Shown: positions 28,344 through 38,007, numbered from the stretch's first letter. The stretch is DNA of 64,000 nt from Spirochaetia bacterium (GCA_965140585.1 OZ223264.1:128001-192000); one strand, 5' to 3'. Translations and numbers: made by a program. Notes: generated by a model not told the origin, from the sequence alone.

Positions 28344-29987
28344 ATGGATTTGAATTTCGGCTACGCGGATATAGCCTTTAAAAATGGTAAAGTAATAACT
28401 GTAAATGAAAAAGATGAGATAGCTCAGGCCCTCGCAGTTAAGGGAAACAAAATAGTCTTTGTCGGCAGCAATTCTGATGTCGATTCCATCATAAATGAAG
28501 ACACAAAAGTGATCGATCTAAAAGGCCGGAGCCTGATGCCAGGCATCATCGATTCTCACTTTCATCCAATTCTTGCCGGGTTTATCGGTCTTGAGATGGA
28601 TGCAGCAATGATTGATACAACATTCAAAAACTGCAAGAGTCTTGCTCAAATGCTTGATCTGCTTAAGCAGGCTGTTTCAATCAAAAAGCCTGGTCAGTGG
28701 GTCTCCATGATGGGCTATGAACCGCTGCTTCTTCCAGAACAGCGGCATCCTACCATAGAAGAACTTGATGTAATAGCTCCGAATAACCCAGTTCACTGTA
28801 TGCACGGCGGCGGACATATCTGCATGTACAACTCAAAGGCTCTTGAATACCTTGATGTCTACAAGCCTGAAGATGCTGATAAGTATCCACATAATGAGGT
28901 CGAGGTTATCGATGGAAAGCTGACCGGAATGGTTTACGGACACACTCACTTCAAACTTTGGGGGATGGTCGATTATACCGAAGAACAGCAGGCAAAGGCT
29001 GCGATGAAATCGCATGATATTGCGCTTAAGGCAGGAATTACCTCTGTGCATGATGCCGGAGAGTGCGATAAACCTTCATACCATATCATGCAGAAGCTCT
29101 GCAGGGATCGAACCTTTAAAATAAGAAGTTATATGCTGCTGCATAGTATTTTCGGCAAGCCCTTCTCCCTTGAAGATAACGATCATTTTATGTCTCTCGG
29201 TTTTCAGACAGGCCTGGGAGATGAACATTTCAGAATAGGCTCATGCAAGTTTATGATTGACGGCGGCTCCGGCGGGCCCTCATGTGCGACCCGTGAACCC
29301 TACAGCCATGACCCCTCACTTCCCAGAGAACGCGGCTGGGAACGTGAAGAAGTAGCGGAATACATCAAACTCATCAATGATGCTGAGTGTCAGGGTACCG
29401 CCCATGCAATCGGAGACCTTGCTGTTGAGTTTATGGTTGAAGGTTATGAAAAAGCATTCAAGAATAACCCCAGGCCGGATCTCCGCCACAGAATAGAGCA
29501 CTGCACAATATCGGACCAGGACCTCATTGACCGTATGGCAAAGATGAATATCTGTCCGACTGTTAATCCGGGTATGCTCACAACAATAGGGGCAAACTAT
29601 TCAAAGTTCTACGGCGAACGTATGAAGTATCTGATCGCGCTTAGAAGCATGCTCGATGCGGGTATCAGGGTTTCGCTGGCCAGTGACTATCCATCCGGCC
29701 CGATTGGAATCAATGTAATGGATGGTGCTGTTAACCGCTATAACAGGGCAAACAGCATACAGCTTGATCAGACTCAATGCATCAGTGTTCTTGAAGCTGT
29801 AAGATGTACAACCCTTAACGGTGCATATGCTTCTTTTGAAGATGATATCAAGGGCAGTCTTGAAGAAGGAAAGCTTGCCGACATGATAATACTTTCCGAG
29901 GATATAACTTCAATTGATCCGATGAAGCTTAATGAGGTTGAAGTTGAACTGACTATGATTGACGGTGAAATACTTTACTCTAAGTAG
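28344..29987 (+). CDS. Amidohydrolase family 3 (YtcJ-like)
   Basis: PGIIDSHFH, KFMIDG, HAIGDLA, HRIEHC, SDYP, GSLEEGKLAD. Confidence 0.93.
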   Translation: MDLNFGYADIAFKNGKVITVNEKDEIAQALAVKGNKIVFVGSNSDVDSIINEDTKVIDLKGRSLMPGIIDSHFHPILAGFIGLEMDAAMIDTTFKNCKSLAQMLDLLKQAVSIKKPGQWVSMMGYEPLLLPEQRHPTIEELDVIAPNNPVHCMHGGGHICMYNSKALEYLDVYKPEDADKYPHNEVEVIDGKLTGMVYGHTHFKLWGMVDYTEEQQAKAAMKSHDIALKAGITSVHDAGECDKPSYHIMQKLCRDRTFKIRSYMLLHSIFGKPFSLEDNDHFMSLGFQTGLGDEHFRIGSCKFMIDGGSGGPSCATREPYSHDPSLPRERGWEREEVAEYIKLINDAECQGTAHAIGDLAVEFMVEGYEKAFKNNPRPDLRHRIEHCTISDQDLIDRMAKMNICPTVNPGMLTTIGANYSKFYGERMKYLIALRSMLDAGIRVSLASDYPSGPIGINVMDGAVNRYNRANSIQLDQTQCISVLEAVRCTTLNGAYASFEDDIKGSLEEGKLADMIILSEDITSIDPMKLNEVEVELTMIDGEILYSK

Positions 29988-30003
29988 ATTTTACAGAAAG
30001 TTA

Positions 30004-30042
30004 GAGCAGGATTGGAGCTTTAAGGCTTCTCTCCTGCTTTTT
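30004..30042. terminator. Terminator between convergent genes
   Basis: AGAGCAGGA...TCCTGCTTTTTT. Confidence 0.65.
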
Positions 30043-30426
30043 TTACAGTTTGCATTTATAAGTGATTTTCGTTGAGCCCAGAATTATTACATCCTGATTT
30101 TTAAGTTCGATCATCTCATCAATATTTACTTTCTTTTTGTTTATGTATGTGCCGTTTTTGCTTCCGATATCCTTAAGGTAGGCCTTCCCAAGTTTAAAAG
30201 TAACAGTAGCATGGAATTTTGATACCTTCGGATCAGAGACAATCACTGCATTACTGCGGTCCCGGCCTATACCGAAACTTTTATTTGAGAGCGGAACACT
30301 TCGGCTGTGGGCCTGAATCATCGGAACCTTGTTTATATAGGAAATTACAGCTTCTTTCTCAATAGTTATTCCCCTGGACAGATCTGTGAAAATGGTTTCA
30401 GCACTAAAAAGATTTTTTTCCGGCAT
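30043..30426 (-). CDS. FHA domain protein
   Basis: IGRD, VSKFHA, DIGSKNGTYIN. Confidence 0.93.
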   Translation of the reverse strand: MPEKNLFSAETIFTDLSRGITIEKEAVISYINKVPMIQAHSRSVPLSNKSFGIGRDRSNAVIVSDPKVSKFHATVTFKLGKAYLKDIGSKNGTYINKKKVNIDEMIELKNQDVIILGSTKITYKCKL

Positions 30427-30547
30427 AGCCTCTCTCTTATATATTTATGTTATATATTTAATGATATAGCAAAAACCTGAAAAATCATACCGATTTTATG
30501 AATAGAAAAGGCTTAACAGTAAAAGACGCAAGTTATATATTCTCTGT

Positions 30548-31516
30548 ATGGATTTAAGTGGAATATCAGAACAAATTCTTAAAAATATCAAAGATATCCC
30601 TGTGGATAAAACCCCGGAAGGGCTTCCTCTTGAACCCTGCCGTATTTTCAAAAGCAGAAAGTCAGGGGTTGAAGACTGTCCAGATATAAATATTGATTAT
30701 TTTCCGCCTCTGGCACATATCGTCATTTACAGCACCATTTCAGATGAAGATACGAATGATTTGGTGGGAATGCTCCGCACTGTACTGGCCGGAGCAAAGA
30801 TAACTGTCCAGGATCGTTCGATTCGTCCCTTTGAGCTGAAGTATTCTGATTTAACAGAGTCTGATGAGTTTATTGTCACTGAGAACAGACTGCAGTATTA
30901 CGTGCAGCCGCTCAGAGGCCAGAACTTCGGCTTTTTTGCCGATATGCGTGAGGGTCGGCGTCTGGTCGGTGAGATCACAGTGTCTTTGTTTGCCGAAAAG
31001 AAGTTCGTAAATGTGCTCAATCTCTTTGCCTACACCTGCTCACTGTCGGTAGCCGCGGTTTATGCCGGAGCCTCTAAATGTGTCAACATCGATAAAAATA
31101 AACGCTCACTTGATATAGGCAGGCGTAACCACAGCCTGAACGCAGATCAGCTTCCGGATGATTATTCAAAGAAAGTGAAATACCTGCCTCATGATATTTT
31201 CAAGTCATTCGGTAAACTTAAAAAGGAAGGCCCGTACAATCTTATTATCGCCGATCCTCCGCCAAGCCAGCCTGGAAGTTTTATACTTGAAAAGGATTAT
31301 CCAAGGCTGATAAGGCGGCTGCCCGAAATGCTTGAGACCGGCGGAGTTTTGCTGCTCAGTCTTAATTCACCCGCTTTCAGCTGGGAAGATTTTGAGACGC
31401 TTGCCGCTGGAGCCCTGCCCGAAACGGCTGTTATGAAAAGGATAGAGCCGCCTGCCGACTTTGCTCCCGCCGAAGCCGGCCGCGGACTGAAACTGCTTAT
31501 AGTTAAATTTGATTAG
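30548..31516 (+). CDS. Class I SAM-dependent methyltransferase (RlmI/RlmK-like)
   Basis: QNFGFFADMREGR, VLNLFAYTCS, IIADPP. Confidence 0.88.
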   Translation: MDLSGISEQILKNIKDIPVDKTPEGLPLEPCRIFKSRKSGVEDCPDINIDYFPPLAHIVIYSTISDEDTNDLVGMLRTVLAGAKITVQDRSIRPFELKYSDLTESDEFIVTENRLQYYVQPLRGQNFGFFADMREGRRLVGEITVSLFAEKKFVNVLNLFAYTCSLSVAAVYAGASKCVNIDKNKRSLDIGRRNHSLNADQLPDDYSKKVKYLPHDIFKSFGKLKKEGPYNLIIADPPPSQPGSFILEKDYPRLIRRLPEMLETGGVLLLSLNSPAFSWEDFETLAAGALPETAVMKRIEPPADFAPAEAGRGLKLLIVKFD

Positions 31517-31537
31517 AGATTTTGAAACTGACTTCAG

Positions 31538-32671
31538 ATGAATTATCCTTCAATTATGGATAATTTGCATGTGGATGAAAAACTTCAGGAATATGCTGAG
31601 GGTCTGTCCTAAGGTGAGACAACAAGAAAATTCTATGACTCTTACAGCCTGTATCTTGAGAACTGTACACCCGCTGAACTTAATTAAGCTATCCACCAGT
31701 TTATGCAGAAGCAGTCTGATTATAAAAGTATAGAAAAAGTGGTCGGGCAGCTTATTCGAGCCTGCTCGAAGGGTATTGAGAAGAGCTTCACAGAAAATAC
31801 AGAGGAACCTCCATTTATAAGACTTCTTAAAATCGAGAACAGAAAACTTGAGGCGGTAAGAAAAGAGTCCTCAGTAATTTTCAGGTCATACATCAAGTGC
31901 GGAAAAGAAGACTGCCGTGAGCAGAGGCGGAGGGCGGATGAGCTGATTAAAATTCTGGAAATCAAAAAAGGGGGCCTTCCGCACTATCAGAAAATTCAAA
32001 ATACGCTTTTTTCAGTTCTTGAAGCACAAAGCTCAGGTATGAACTGCCTGAAGCTGATGTGGTACCTGCAGGATGAAGTGCTGAAAAATATAAAAATACT
32101 GATAAAGCTGGTTTCAGAACCGGAACCTGATTTTAATATTATCAACAAGAACTATGGTAAACTCTTTCTGACAATGGGTAATCTTAAATACCGGGAAGAA
32201 AAAATACTGATTCCATTATCTCTGGAGTTGCTTTCATCTGGTGTGTTTGCAGTAATGATTAATGATGCAGCGGAATACGGCGGTGCATTTAATATGGACA
32301 TAAAAAGTTTTCTAAAAGATTCAGTTCGAAAAACAGTAAGCGCTTTGAACTCTTCAGGTGATGCTGAAGATGATGGGAGTTTACCGCTTTCTGTCGGGAC
32401 TCTGAATTTATCTCAGATTGATCTTATGTTCCGGACACTGCCTGTTGATATAACCTTCGTTGATGAAAATGATCATGCAAGGTATTTCAGTCAGGAAAAG
32501 GAAAGAATATTCCCCCGGTCTCCCGGAATTATAGGCAGGGCTGTACAGAATTGTCATCCGCCAAAAAGTATACACATCGTTCAGGAAATTATCGATGATT
32601 TTAAAGCCGGAAAGCGAGATAGTGCCCTGAATACCATTGGCCTTATCAATCATTCTCGAATACTACTGTAA
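31538..32671 (+). pseudogene. DUF438/hemerythrin-like + PAS protein, disrupted
   Basis: In-frame ATG at 31538 followed by two TAA stops before 31703. The PAS motif LPVDITFVDEND...RIFPRSPGIIGRAVQNCHPPKS is cut short after KRDSA. Confidence 0.75.
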
Positions 32672-32795
32672 TTACGCCTACTATACATTCAGCGTTTCAA
32701 TTTTACCGTCTTACTTAACAGTAAAAAGATCAGTTTGATTTGTATTAACACAAATCAAATTAAATCTGGAATATCTTGATTTAATTCCTGTTTAA

Positions 32796-33284
32796 TCAGG
32801 ATTTTATCCCATCACTTTTATTATGAATCAATACCATAATCTGCATCGCTGCCGGCTGAGCAATCAAAGATTCAATCATAAAAGCAACAGCGATATTTCT
32901 CGGCCATTTATAAATAAAGTTATGCAGCGGTTCTGTACTTATTGTTCCGGCTCCAATCCAGGAGCCGATGACTGTTAAAGGTATAGAGATTAAAAAGACT
33001 GAACAGAGAATATTAATTGTGATCATGGCTTTAAAACTATCCCCCGGTTTAGTAAGTTTTAAAGTAAGCCATTCTGCGGGTTTGTATGTTAGAAGAACAA
33101 CTGCTATAACTGACGGCCAGAGTATCGGTAGTTTTTTTAGAACATACAACCAGTTTTGAGCAGTGAACCCGAGTTCAAGGAATGTAATGAGAGGGGCTAT
33201 CAGATTAACTGAAATTAAAGAAATTATAATGAGAAATAAAGAAAATTCTCTCCTGTTTTGTGGAAGCTTAGTATAAAAATCCAT
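32796..33284 (-). CDS. Four-TM membrane protein (DUF2798-like)
   Basis: LPQNRRE...four TM helices...WPRNIAVAFMIESLIAQP. Confidence 0.65.
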   Translation of the reverse strand: MDFYTKLPQNRREFSLFLIIISLISVNLIAPLITFLELGFTAQNWLYVLKKLPILWPSVIAVVLLTYKPAEWLTLKLTKPGDSFKAMITINILCSVFLISIPLTVIGSWIGAGTISTEPLHNFIYKWPRNIAVAFMIESLIAQPAAMQIMVLIHNKSDGIKS

Positions 33285-33304
33285 TTCAAACTCCTTTTTA
33301 GCGC

Positions 33305-33392
33305 AAAAAAAAGCACGGACCTGTTAAGTCCGTGCTGAACAATTATACGCACAATGATTATGCATTTTATGAAAATATTCAGGTTAAGTCAA
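33305..33392 (-). promoter_or_regulatory. Promoter plus leader terminator (candidate attenuator)
   Basis: TTGACT-N17-TAAAAT, then GCACGGAC-TTAACAG-GTCCGTGC-T8 about 20 nt before the ATG. Confidence 0.6.
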
Positions 33393-33439
33393 TTATTAAG
33401 CTGATAAATCATTTTTGAATACTAATGCAATTACGGCTT

Positions 33440-33955
33440 CTATATATTCAGAGTTTCAATTTTACCGTCTTTCTTAACGGTAAAGAATTCGGTTTCCTTT
33501 GTGTTGGTTGAATCAAAATAAACCTGGTAGATCTCATCATCGATAACAACCGCAACAATCTCATCGATTTCCTTCTGTCCGTTTTCCATTGTAATTTTAA
33601 ACTTGTCTATAAGGAGGTGCGAACATTCCTCAAGATCAACCTCTTCCTCATCTTCGGTATCCTCGTTAATTAGAACACCTTCTTCCAGGGTACTGAATCC
33701 GATGTACATTTCATCATCAGCTAAAGGGGGCAGGTTAACATCAGGGGACTCATCAGGTTCTAAATAATCAGGAGTCACACCTGAGACATAGTCACTCAGC
33801 GACATTACATTTTTATCATCCGATGCATAACAGAGATATTCATTGAAGACTTCGTTATCAGCAATCAAATCCATTAAAGCGATTTGTTCGTCCTGATTTA
33901 CTTCCTCGTAATCAGAAATCTTAACTTTTGCTATTTGTATTTCAGTTCCTTTCAT
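33440..33955 (-). CDS. Highly acidic hypothetical protein
   Basis: GAGGAG SD; about 46 D/E versus 11 K and no R in 171 aa (hand count). Confidence 0.8.
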   Translation of the reverse strand: MKGTEIQIAKVKISDYEEVNQDEQIALMDLIADNEVFNEYLCYASDDKNVMSLSDYVSGVTPDYLEPDESPDVNLPPLADDEMYIGFSTLEEGVLINEDTEDEEEVDLEECSHLLIDKFKITMENGQKEIDEIVAVVIDDEIYQVYFDSTNTKETEFFTVKKDGKIETLNI

Positions 33956-34118
33956 TAAAACTTAACTCCTCGTTTGGAATACCTATGGTTTATAAACAAC
34001 TAATAATCAGCAGATTTTCTTCTCAAAGTCAATATGTCCCATGACACGGAAACAATGTCACTACGCGCCATTGTTTTTGGAGTTTTACATTGAGCTTTGT
34101 AGCGACCTGTAACTCTCA

Positions 34119-34146
34119 ATTTTATATAACATATCTTATGTCCCGG
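34119..34146 (-). other. dif-like XerC/D site (candidate)
   Basis: CCGGGACATAA-GATATG-TTATATAAAAT, an 11-6-11 layout; right arm matches the E. coli XerD arm TTATGTTAAAT at 9/11. Confidence 0.45.
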
Positions 34147-34186
34147 TTTGCAGCCATAATACTCCATCGAATCACTTTACAGAAAT

Positions 34187-34224
34187 AAAAAAAGACTGAA
34201 ACCAAATAGGTTCCAGTCTTTTTT

Positions 34225-34225
<1 letters not shown>
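34187..34225 (-). terminator. Terminator after tRNA-Arg
   Basis: AAAAAAGACTGGAACC-TATTT-GGTTTCAGTCTTTTTT. Confidence 0.8.
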
Positions 34226-34298
<73 letters not shown>

Positions 34299-34348
34299 AA
34301 GTGAATGTATAATAGTAGAAAATGCATCTGCTGTCAATTCTTCGGGAC

Positions 34349-34783
34349 TTATACAAACTTCTGAAAGGTTCGAAGCAGCAGAAAGCTCTCTGTTTTTGAA
34401 ATTTCTTCTATAGTAGAGAGTTCCTGCGTAAGAAAGTGTACCAGTCCCTTGTTTGAATCAACCAGCACTTCCACGAAAAGATCATAGCGTCCCGAGGTCA
34501 TCGATACATTGAGCACGTTGTCAAGCTCAGCAATTTCCTGGGCTTTCTTCTCTAGCAGTGAGCTCTTGGACACATTGACAGCTATTACTGCCAGCTGCTG
34601 ATTGCTAAGTATTTCCGGGTTAATTAGACCCCGTACATTCAGAATTCCTGCATCCTTCAGTTTCTTTATTCGCTGTCTTACTGTTCCCTCAGATATTCCG
34701 AGGGTTTTAGCCAGAGTATTGTTTGATTCGTTTGATTCACGGAGAATATCGATTATCTTCCAATCCAGTTCATCAGGTTCCAT
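34349..34783 (-). CDS. Lrp/AsnC family regulator, divergent from ald
   Basis: DELDWKII...LAKTLGISEGTVRQRIKKL HTH; RAM domain TSGRYDL. Confidence 0.93.
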   Translation of the reverse strand: MEPDELDWKIIDILRESNESNNTLAKTLGISEGTVRQRIKKLKDAGILNVRGLINPEILSNQQLAVIAVNVSKSSLLEKKAQEIAELDNVLNVSMTSGRYDLFVEVLVDSNKGLVHFLTQELSTIEEISKTESFLLLRTFQKFV

Positions 34784-34834
34784 AATTGGAGTATAGATAG
34801 TTCTGAACTTTTTGACAAGCTGATCAATTTAAAA

Positions 34835-34878
34835 TACGAAAAACGTAGAAAAAATATTGACAAAATACGTAAAGCGTA
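34835..34878. promoter_or_regulatory. Paired TACG-N5-CGTA operators flanking the ald -35
   Basis: TACGaaaaaCGTA (34835-34847) and TACGtaaagCGTA (34866-34878), 31-bp period, with TTGACA between them. Confidence 0.6.
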
Positions 34879-34903
34879 CGATATTTGACTCAGGAGGCGC
34901 AGT

Positions 34904-36016
34904 ATGACAATAGGCTGTCCAAAAGAAATAAAAAAACATGAATACAGGGTCGGTATGACACCATCCGATGCCGCTGAATATATAAAAACAGGAAGCAGGG
35001 TGCTTATCGAGAAAAATGCCGGTTCTGGTGCCGGGTTCGAGGATGAAGAATACATCGATGCCGGTGCTGAGATAATTGAGGATAAAAAACTTCTCTTTGA
35101 CTCAAGCGATATGATTGTAAAGGTTAAGGAGCCCCTTCCTGAGGAGTATTCGCTATTCCATAAAGACCAGATTCTCTTTACATATCTTCATCTTGCCGCA
35201 AGCAGGGATCTTACCGGTGTGCTGCTTGAGGCAGGAGTAAATTCGGTTGCCTATGAAACAATAGAGGTTAACAGAAAGCTTCCCTGTCTGGCACCAATGA
35301 GTGAAATAGCGGGGCGTCTAAGTGTACAGGAAGGCGCCAAATATCTTGAGAAGACCTTCGGTGGACGCGGGATCCTTCTTTCAGGTGTTCCCGGTGTTGA
35401 GCGGGGTCGAGTCGCTATTCTCGGCGGCGGAGTTGTAGGCGCTAACGCTGCACGAATAGCTGTTGGTATGGGGGCTGATACAACTTTGCTCGATATCAGC
35501 GGTGAAAGGCTTGCTTATCTTGATGATGTGTTCGGTTCCGGCCTTAAAACCCTCTATAGTACGAGGGCTAATATCAGGAAGGTTCTTGGTGAAAGCGATG
35601 TTGTGATCGGGGCAGTTCTGCGTCCGGGTGCAAAGGCTCCATGGCTAATCAGACGTGAAGATCTCAAGCTGATGAAGAAGGGTGCGGTTATTGTCGATGT
35701 TGCAGTCGATCAGGGCGGATGTGCCGAGACCACGCATCCTACTACTCATGATGATCCTGTTTTTGAGGTTGATGGAATAGTCCATTACTGTGTGGCTAAT
35801 ATGCCCGGTTCAGTTGCTTTGACTGCAACCATGGCTCTTACCAGTACAACTCTTAAATACGGACTGATGATTGCTTCAAAGGGCCTTGAGGGGGCGCTGG
35901 CTGAAAGCCTTCCGCTTCAGAAGGGTCTTAATACTTATAAGGGCGAGCTTGCCTGTGAAGGTGTTGCTGAAGCCTTCGACATGAACTATAAGCCAGCCTT
36001 AGAGTTGATTGGTTAA
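34904..36016 (+). CDS. ald: Alanine dehydrogenase
   Basis: IGCPKEIK..EYRV, VKVKEP, FTYLHLA, LAPMSEIAGR, DVAVDQGG, YCVANMPG. Confidence 0.97.
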   Translation: MTIGCPKEIKKHEYRVGMTPSDAAEYIKTGSRVLIEKNAGSGAGFEDEEYIDAGAEIIEDKKLLFDSSDMIVKVKEPLPEEYSLFHKDQILFTYLHLAASRDLTGVLLEAGVNSVAYETIEVNRKLPCLAPMSEIAGRLSVQEGAKYLEKTFGGRGILLSGVPGVERGRVAILGGGVVGANAARIAVGMGADTTLLDISGERLAYLDDVFGSGLKTLYSTRANIRKVLGESDVVIGAVLRPGAKAPWLIRREDLKLMKKGAVIVDVAVDQGGCAETTHPTTHDDPVFEVDGIVHYCVANMPGSVALTATMALTSTTLKYGLMIASKGLEGALAESLPLQKGLNTYKGELACEGVAEAFDMNYKPALELIG

Positions 36017-36030
36017 TAAAAAAGAAACCA

Positions 36031-36179
36031 TAGTAACTTCAAAAGTCAGTAACTTTTGAAGTTACTACCTTAGATTTAAATGGAGTTTTATTGTAATGAT
36101 ACAATAAGCTTTTACGTATGATGGAATTTCAATAAAACTCCCGAGCAAAATACGAACTAACTGAGTTCGTATTTTGCTC
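36031..36179. repeat. Cluster of three inverted repeats between convergent genes
   Basis: 16-5-16 palindromes at 36031-36067 and 36143-36179; GGAGTTTTATTG...CAATAAAACTCC at 36082-36141. Confidence 0.8.
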
Positions 36180-37011
36180 AGAATACAACAGCTATTTTCC
36201 GGTCCGGATCCAGCAGGGTATCGAAGGATCGGATTTTTCCAAGCATTATTTCATCTAGCACAAGGCCTTTCGGAATAAGCAGCATTCCGTTCTGCAGGAC
36301 TATGTTTTCAGCAATGTACATTCCGGTCTGAAGATCGGCAATGCTTATGGCGGTTGCACTGTCTGCGGCTTCCTGTTTATCTACGTTCTGCTTGATAAAT
36401 TCTACAAACTGGCGGGCTAGAGACGGGTCGTAAATATATCCGGCCTGGTCCTTTATCATCGAAGCGGCATCCGAAGCCTTTATCTGATTTTTAAAAATAT
36501 AATTATCGTAGTCATTTGTGAACCGTACTATTCGGGCGCCTATGGGAATTTCTGTACCGGCTGTACCATCGGGGTATCCGTCACCTCCGTATTCTTCGTG
36601 GTGCCCCCTGATTATTCTGGCTGTCTGCTTTAAATCGTAGGCGGTTGAGATCATCTTTTCGCCTATCAGCGGATGCTTCCGGTAAAGGGCGATCTCGCTT
36701 TCCTTGAGGTCCTGTTCCCGGCCGGAAACTATATCCTGTGGCATGCCTACCATTCCAAGGTCGTGGAGCAGGGCCCCGTAGTAGATTCTGAATATTGTTT
36801 CCTTGTCAAAGCGCAGGTATTCGGAAAAGGATTTTGAAAGTTCCGCGACCCTTTTTATATGGCCGCCCAGGAAGTTATTGGATTGAGAAATTGTAATAAC
36901 CAGCAGCCCTACCATGTCCTGGAAATTACGTCTAAGGGTCTTTTTTAAACCTTTTAGAGATTCAACCCTTTCTTCAAGGGCTTTAAATTGTTGCTGTTCC
37001 TGTTCCGTCAT
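36178..37011 (-). CDS. HD-GYP domain protein (c-di-GMP phosphodiesterase family)
   Basis: LLHDLG, HHEEYGGDGYPDG, IPIGARI. Start is probably ATG 37011; the ORF is open to 37038. Confidence 0.88.
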   Translation of the reverse strand: MTEQEQQQFKALEERVESLKGLKKTLRRNFQDMVGLLVITISQSNNFLGGHIKRVAELSKSFSEYLRFDKETIFRIYYGALLHDLGMVGMPQDIVSGREQDLKESEIALYRKHPLIGEKMISTAYDLKQTARIIRGHHEEYGGDGYPDGTAGTEIPIGARIVRFTNDYDNYIFKNQIKASDAASMIKDQAGYIYDPSLARQFVEFIKQNVDKQEAADSATAISIADLQTGMYIAENIVLQNGMLLIPKGLVLDEIMLGKIRSFDTLLDPDRKIAVVF

Positions 37012-37013
37012 GA

Positions 37014-37859
37014 TTAATAAATCGGATTGGAACGCCATTCTCCTTCAGAAAAAAAATAAATTTCTCCGTAACCGCTTGTTTTCAGCAGTTCTGCACCCTC
37101 TTTGAAGTAGAAATCGAGGTTTTCTGGGCTGTGCGCATCTGCAGAAATTGTAATCGGTATGTTTCTCTTAAAACAATGCGCCAGAAGCCAGTCTGACGGG
37201 TAAAAATCAGTTGTAGCATTGCGCGCGATCCCTCCGGAATTAAGTTCTACGATCATCCCGCTTCCGGCTGCTGTTTCAATGAACTCAAGTGCGAGGTCCC
37301 TGTACCATTTGTCTTCGGGGTTGAAAAAACGGTTGTTTGTATTCCTTTTTTTAACTAGGTCGCAGTGTCCTATAATATCAAATTTATGTTCGGTAACCAT
37401 TCTGCTTTCAAGCCGGTAGTATTCTTTAACAAGCTTTTTAATATCGCCTCCGAACTGCTTCTCAAGAAGCTCTTCAAGCTCCTCAACAGGACCGTCTACC
37501 GACAAATCTTTTCCGGAATCCTCACAAACTATTGAGTGTACAGACCCTATCCTGTAATCCAGTCCGAACTGGTCGTAGAAGGGATTATCAGGCCAGATTC
37601 TCCCTGGTATATAGTCAATCTCAAGGCCTCTGTAAAGTTCAATTCTACCCTTGTATTTCTGCTGGAGTTCAGCGGCTTCTCCGGCGTAGACTCCGATATT
37701 TTCCGGAGCCATGGACCATTCATTTTCATATGGCAGGGGAGCGTGGGGAGAGAATCCCAGTATATCAAATCCTCGGCTTATACCGGTTTCCACATATTCT
37801 TCAAGCTTTCCGTTGCCGTCGTCTAGATAGAAATGCGAGTGGTAATTAGTCTTCTTCAT
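37014..37859 (-). CDS. Histidinol-phosphatase, HisJ/PHP family
   Basis: NYHSH, GFSPHAP, GLEIDY, IGSVH, GHCDL, SADAH. Confidence 0.88.
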   Translation of the reverse strand: MKKTNYHSHFYLDDGNGKLEEYVETGISRGFDILGFSPHAPLPYENEWSMAPENIGVYAGEAAELQQKYKGRIELYRGLEIDYIPGRIWPDNPFYDQFGLDYRIGSVHSIVCEDSGKDLSVDGPVEELEELLEKQFGGDIKKLVKEYYRLESRMVTEHKFDIIGHCDLVKKRNTNNRFFNPEDKWYRDLALEFIETAAGSGMIVELNSGGIARNATTDFYPSDWLLAHCFKRNIPITISADAHSPENLDFYFKEGAELLKTSGYGEIYFFSEGEWRSNPIY

Positions 37860-37904
37860 AGCAGGTATTCTATCACCGAGGGCATTTAAAATAAACAGGA
37901 CTTA

Positions 37905-37943
37905 GAGGCAATTTCAAAACTAAGATAGTTTTGAAATTGCGAC
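37905..37943. repeat. 17-5-17 palindromic repeat, B/B copy
   Basis: GAGGCAATTTCAAAACT-AAGAT-AGTTTTGAAATTGCgac. Confidence 0.75.
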
Positions 37944-37989
37944 CTTGACGTAAATGAAGAAAATTTTACAATTCGTTATTATATAATAA

Positions 37990-38007
37990 TTTACATAATT
38001 ATGCAAA
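37990..38007. promoter_or_regulatory. Candidate ARG box upstream of argJ
   Basis: TTTACATAATTATGCAAA, an 18-bp imperfect palindrome resembling an ArgR operator, downstream of TTGACG-N16-TACAAT. Confidence 0.5.

Noticed and set aside
33324-33365. Leader peptide MHNHCAYNCSART ending in the terminator loop
   Set aside because: Its ATG overlaps the predicted -10 box and has no SD, so it would be transcribed only from an upstream promoter.
34030-34110. Integron attC site before the acidic gene
   Set aside because: No clean RYYYAAC/GTTRRRY pair, no second site and no integrase.
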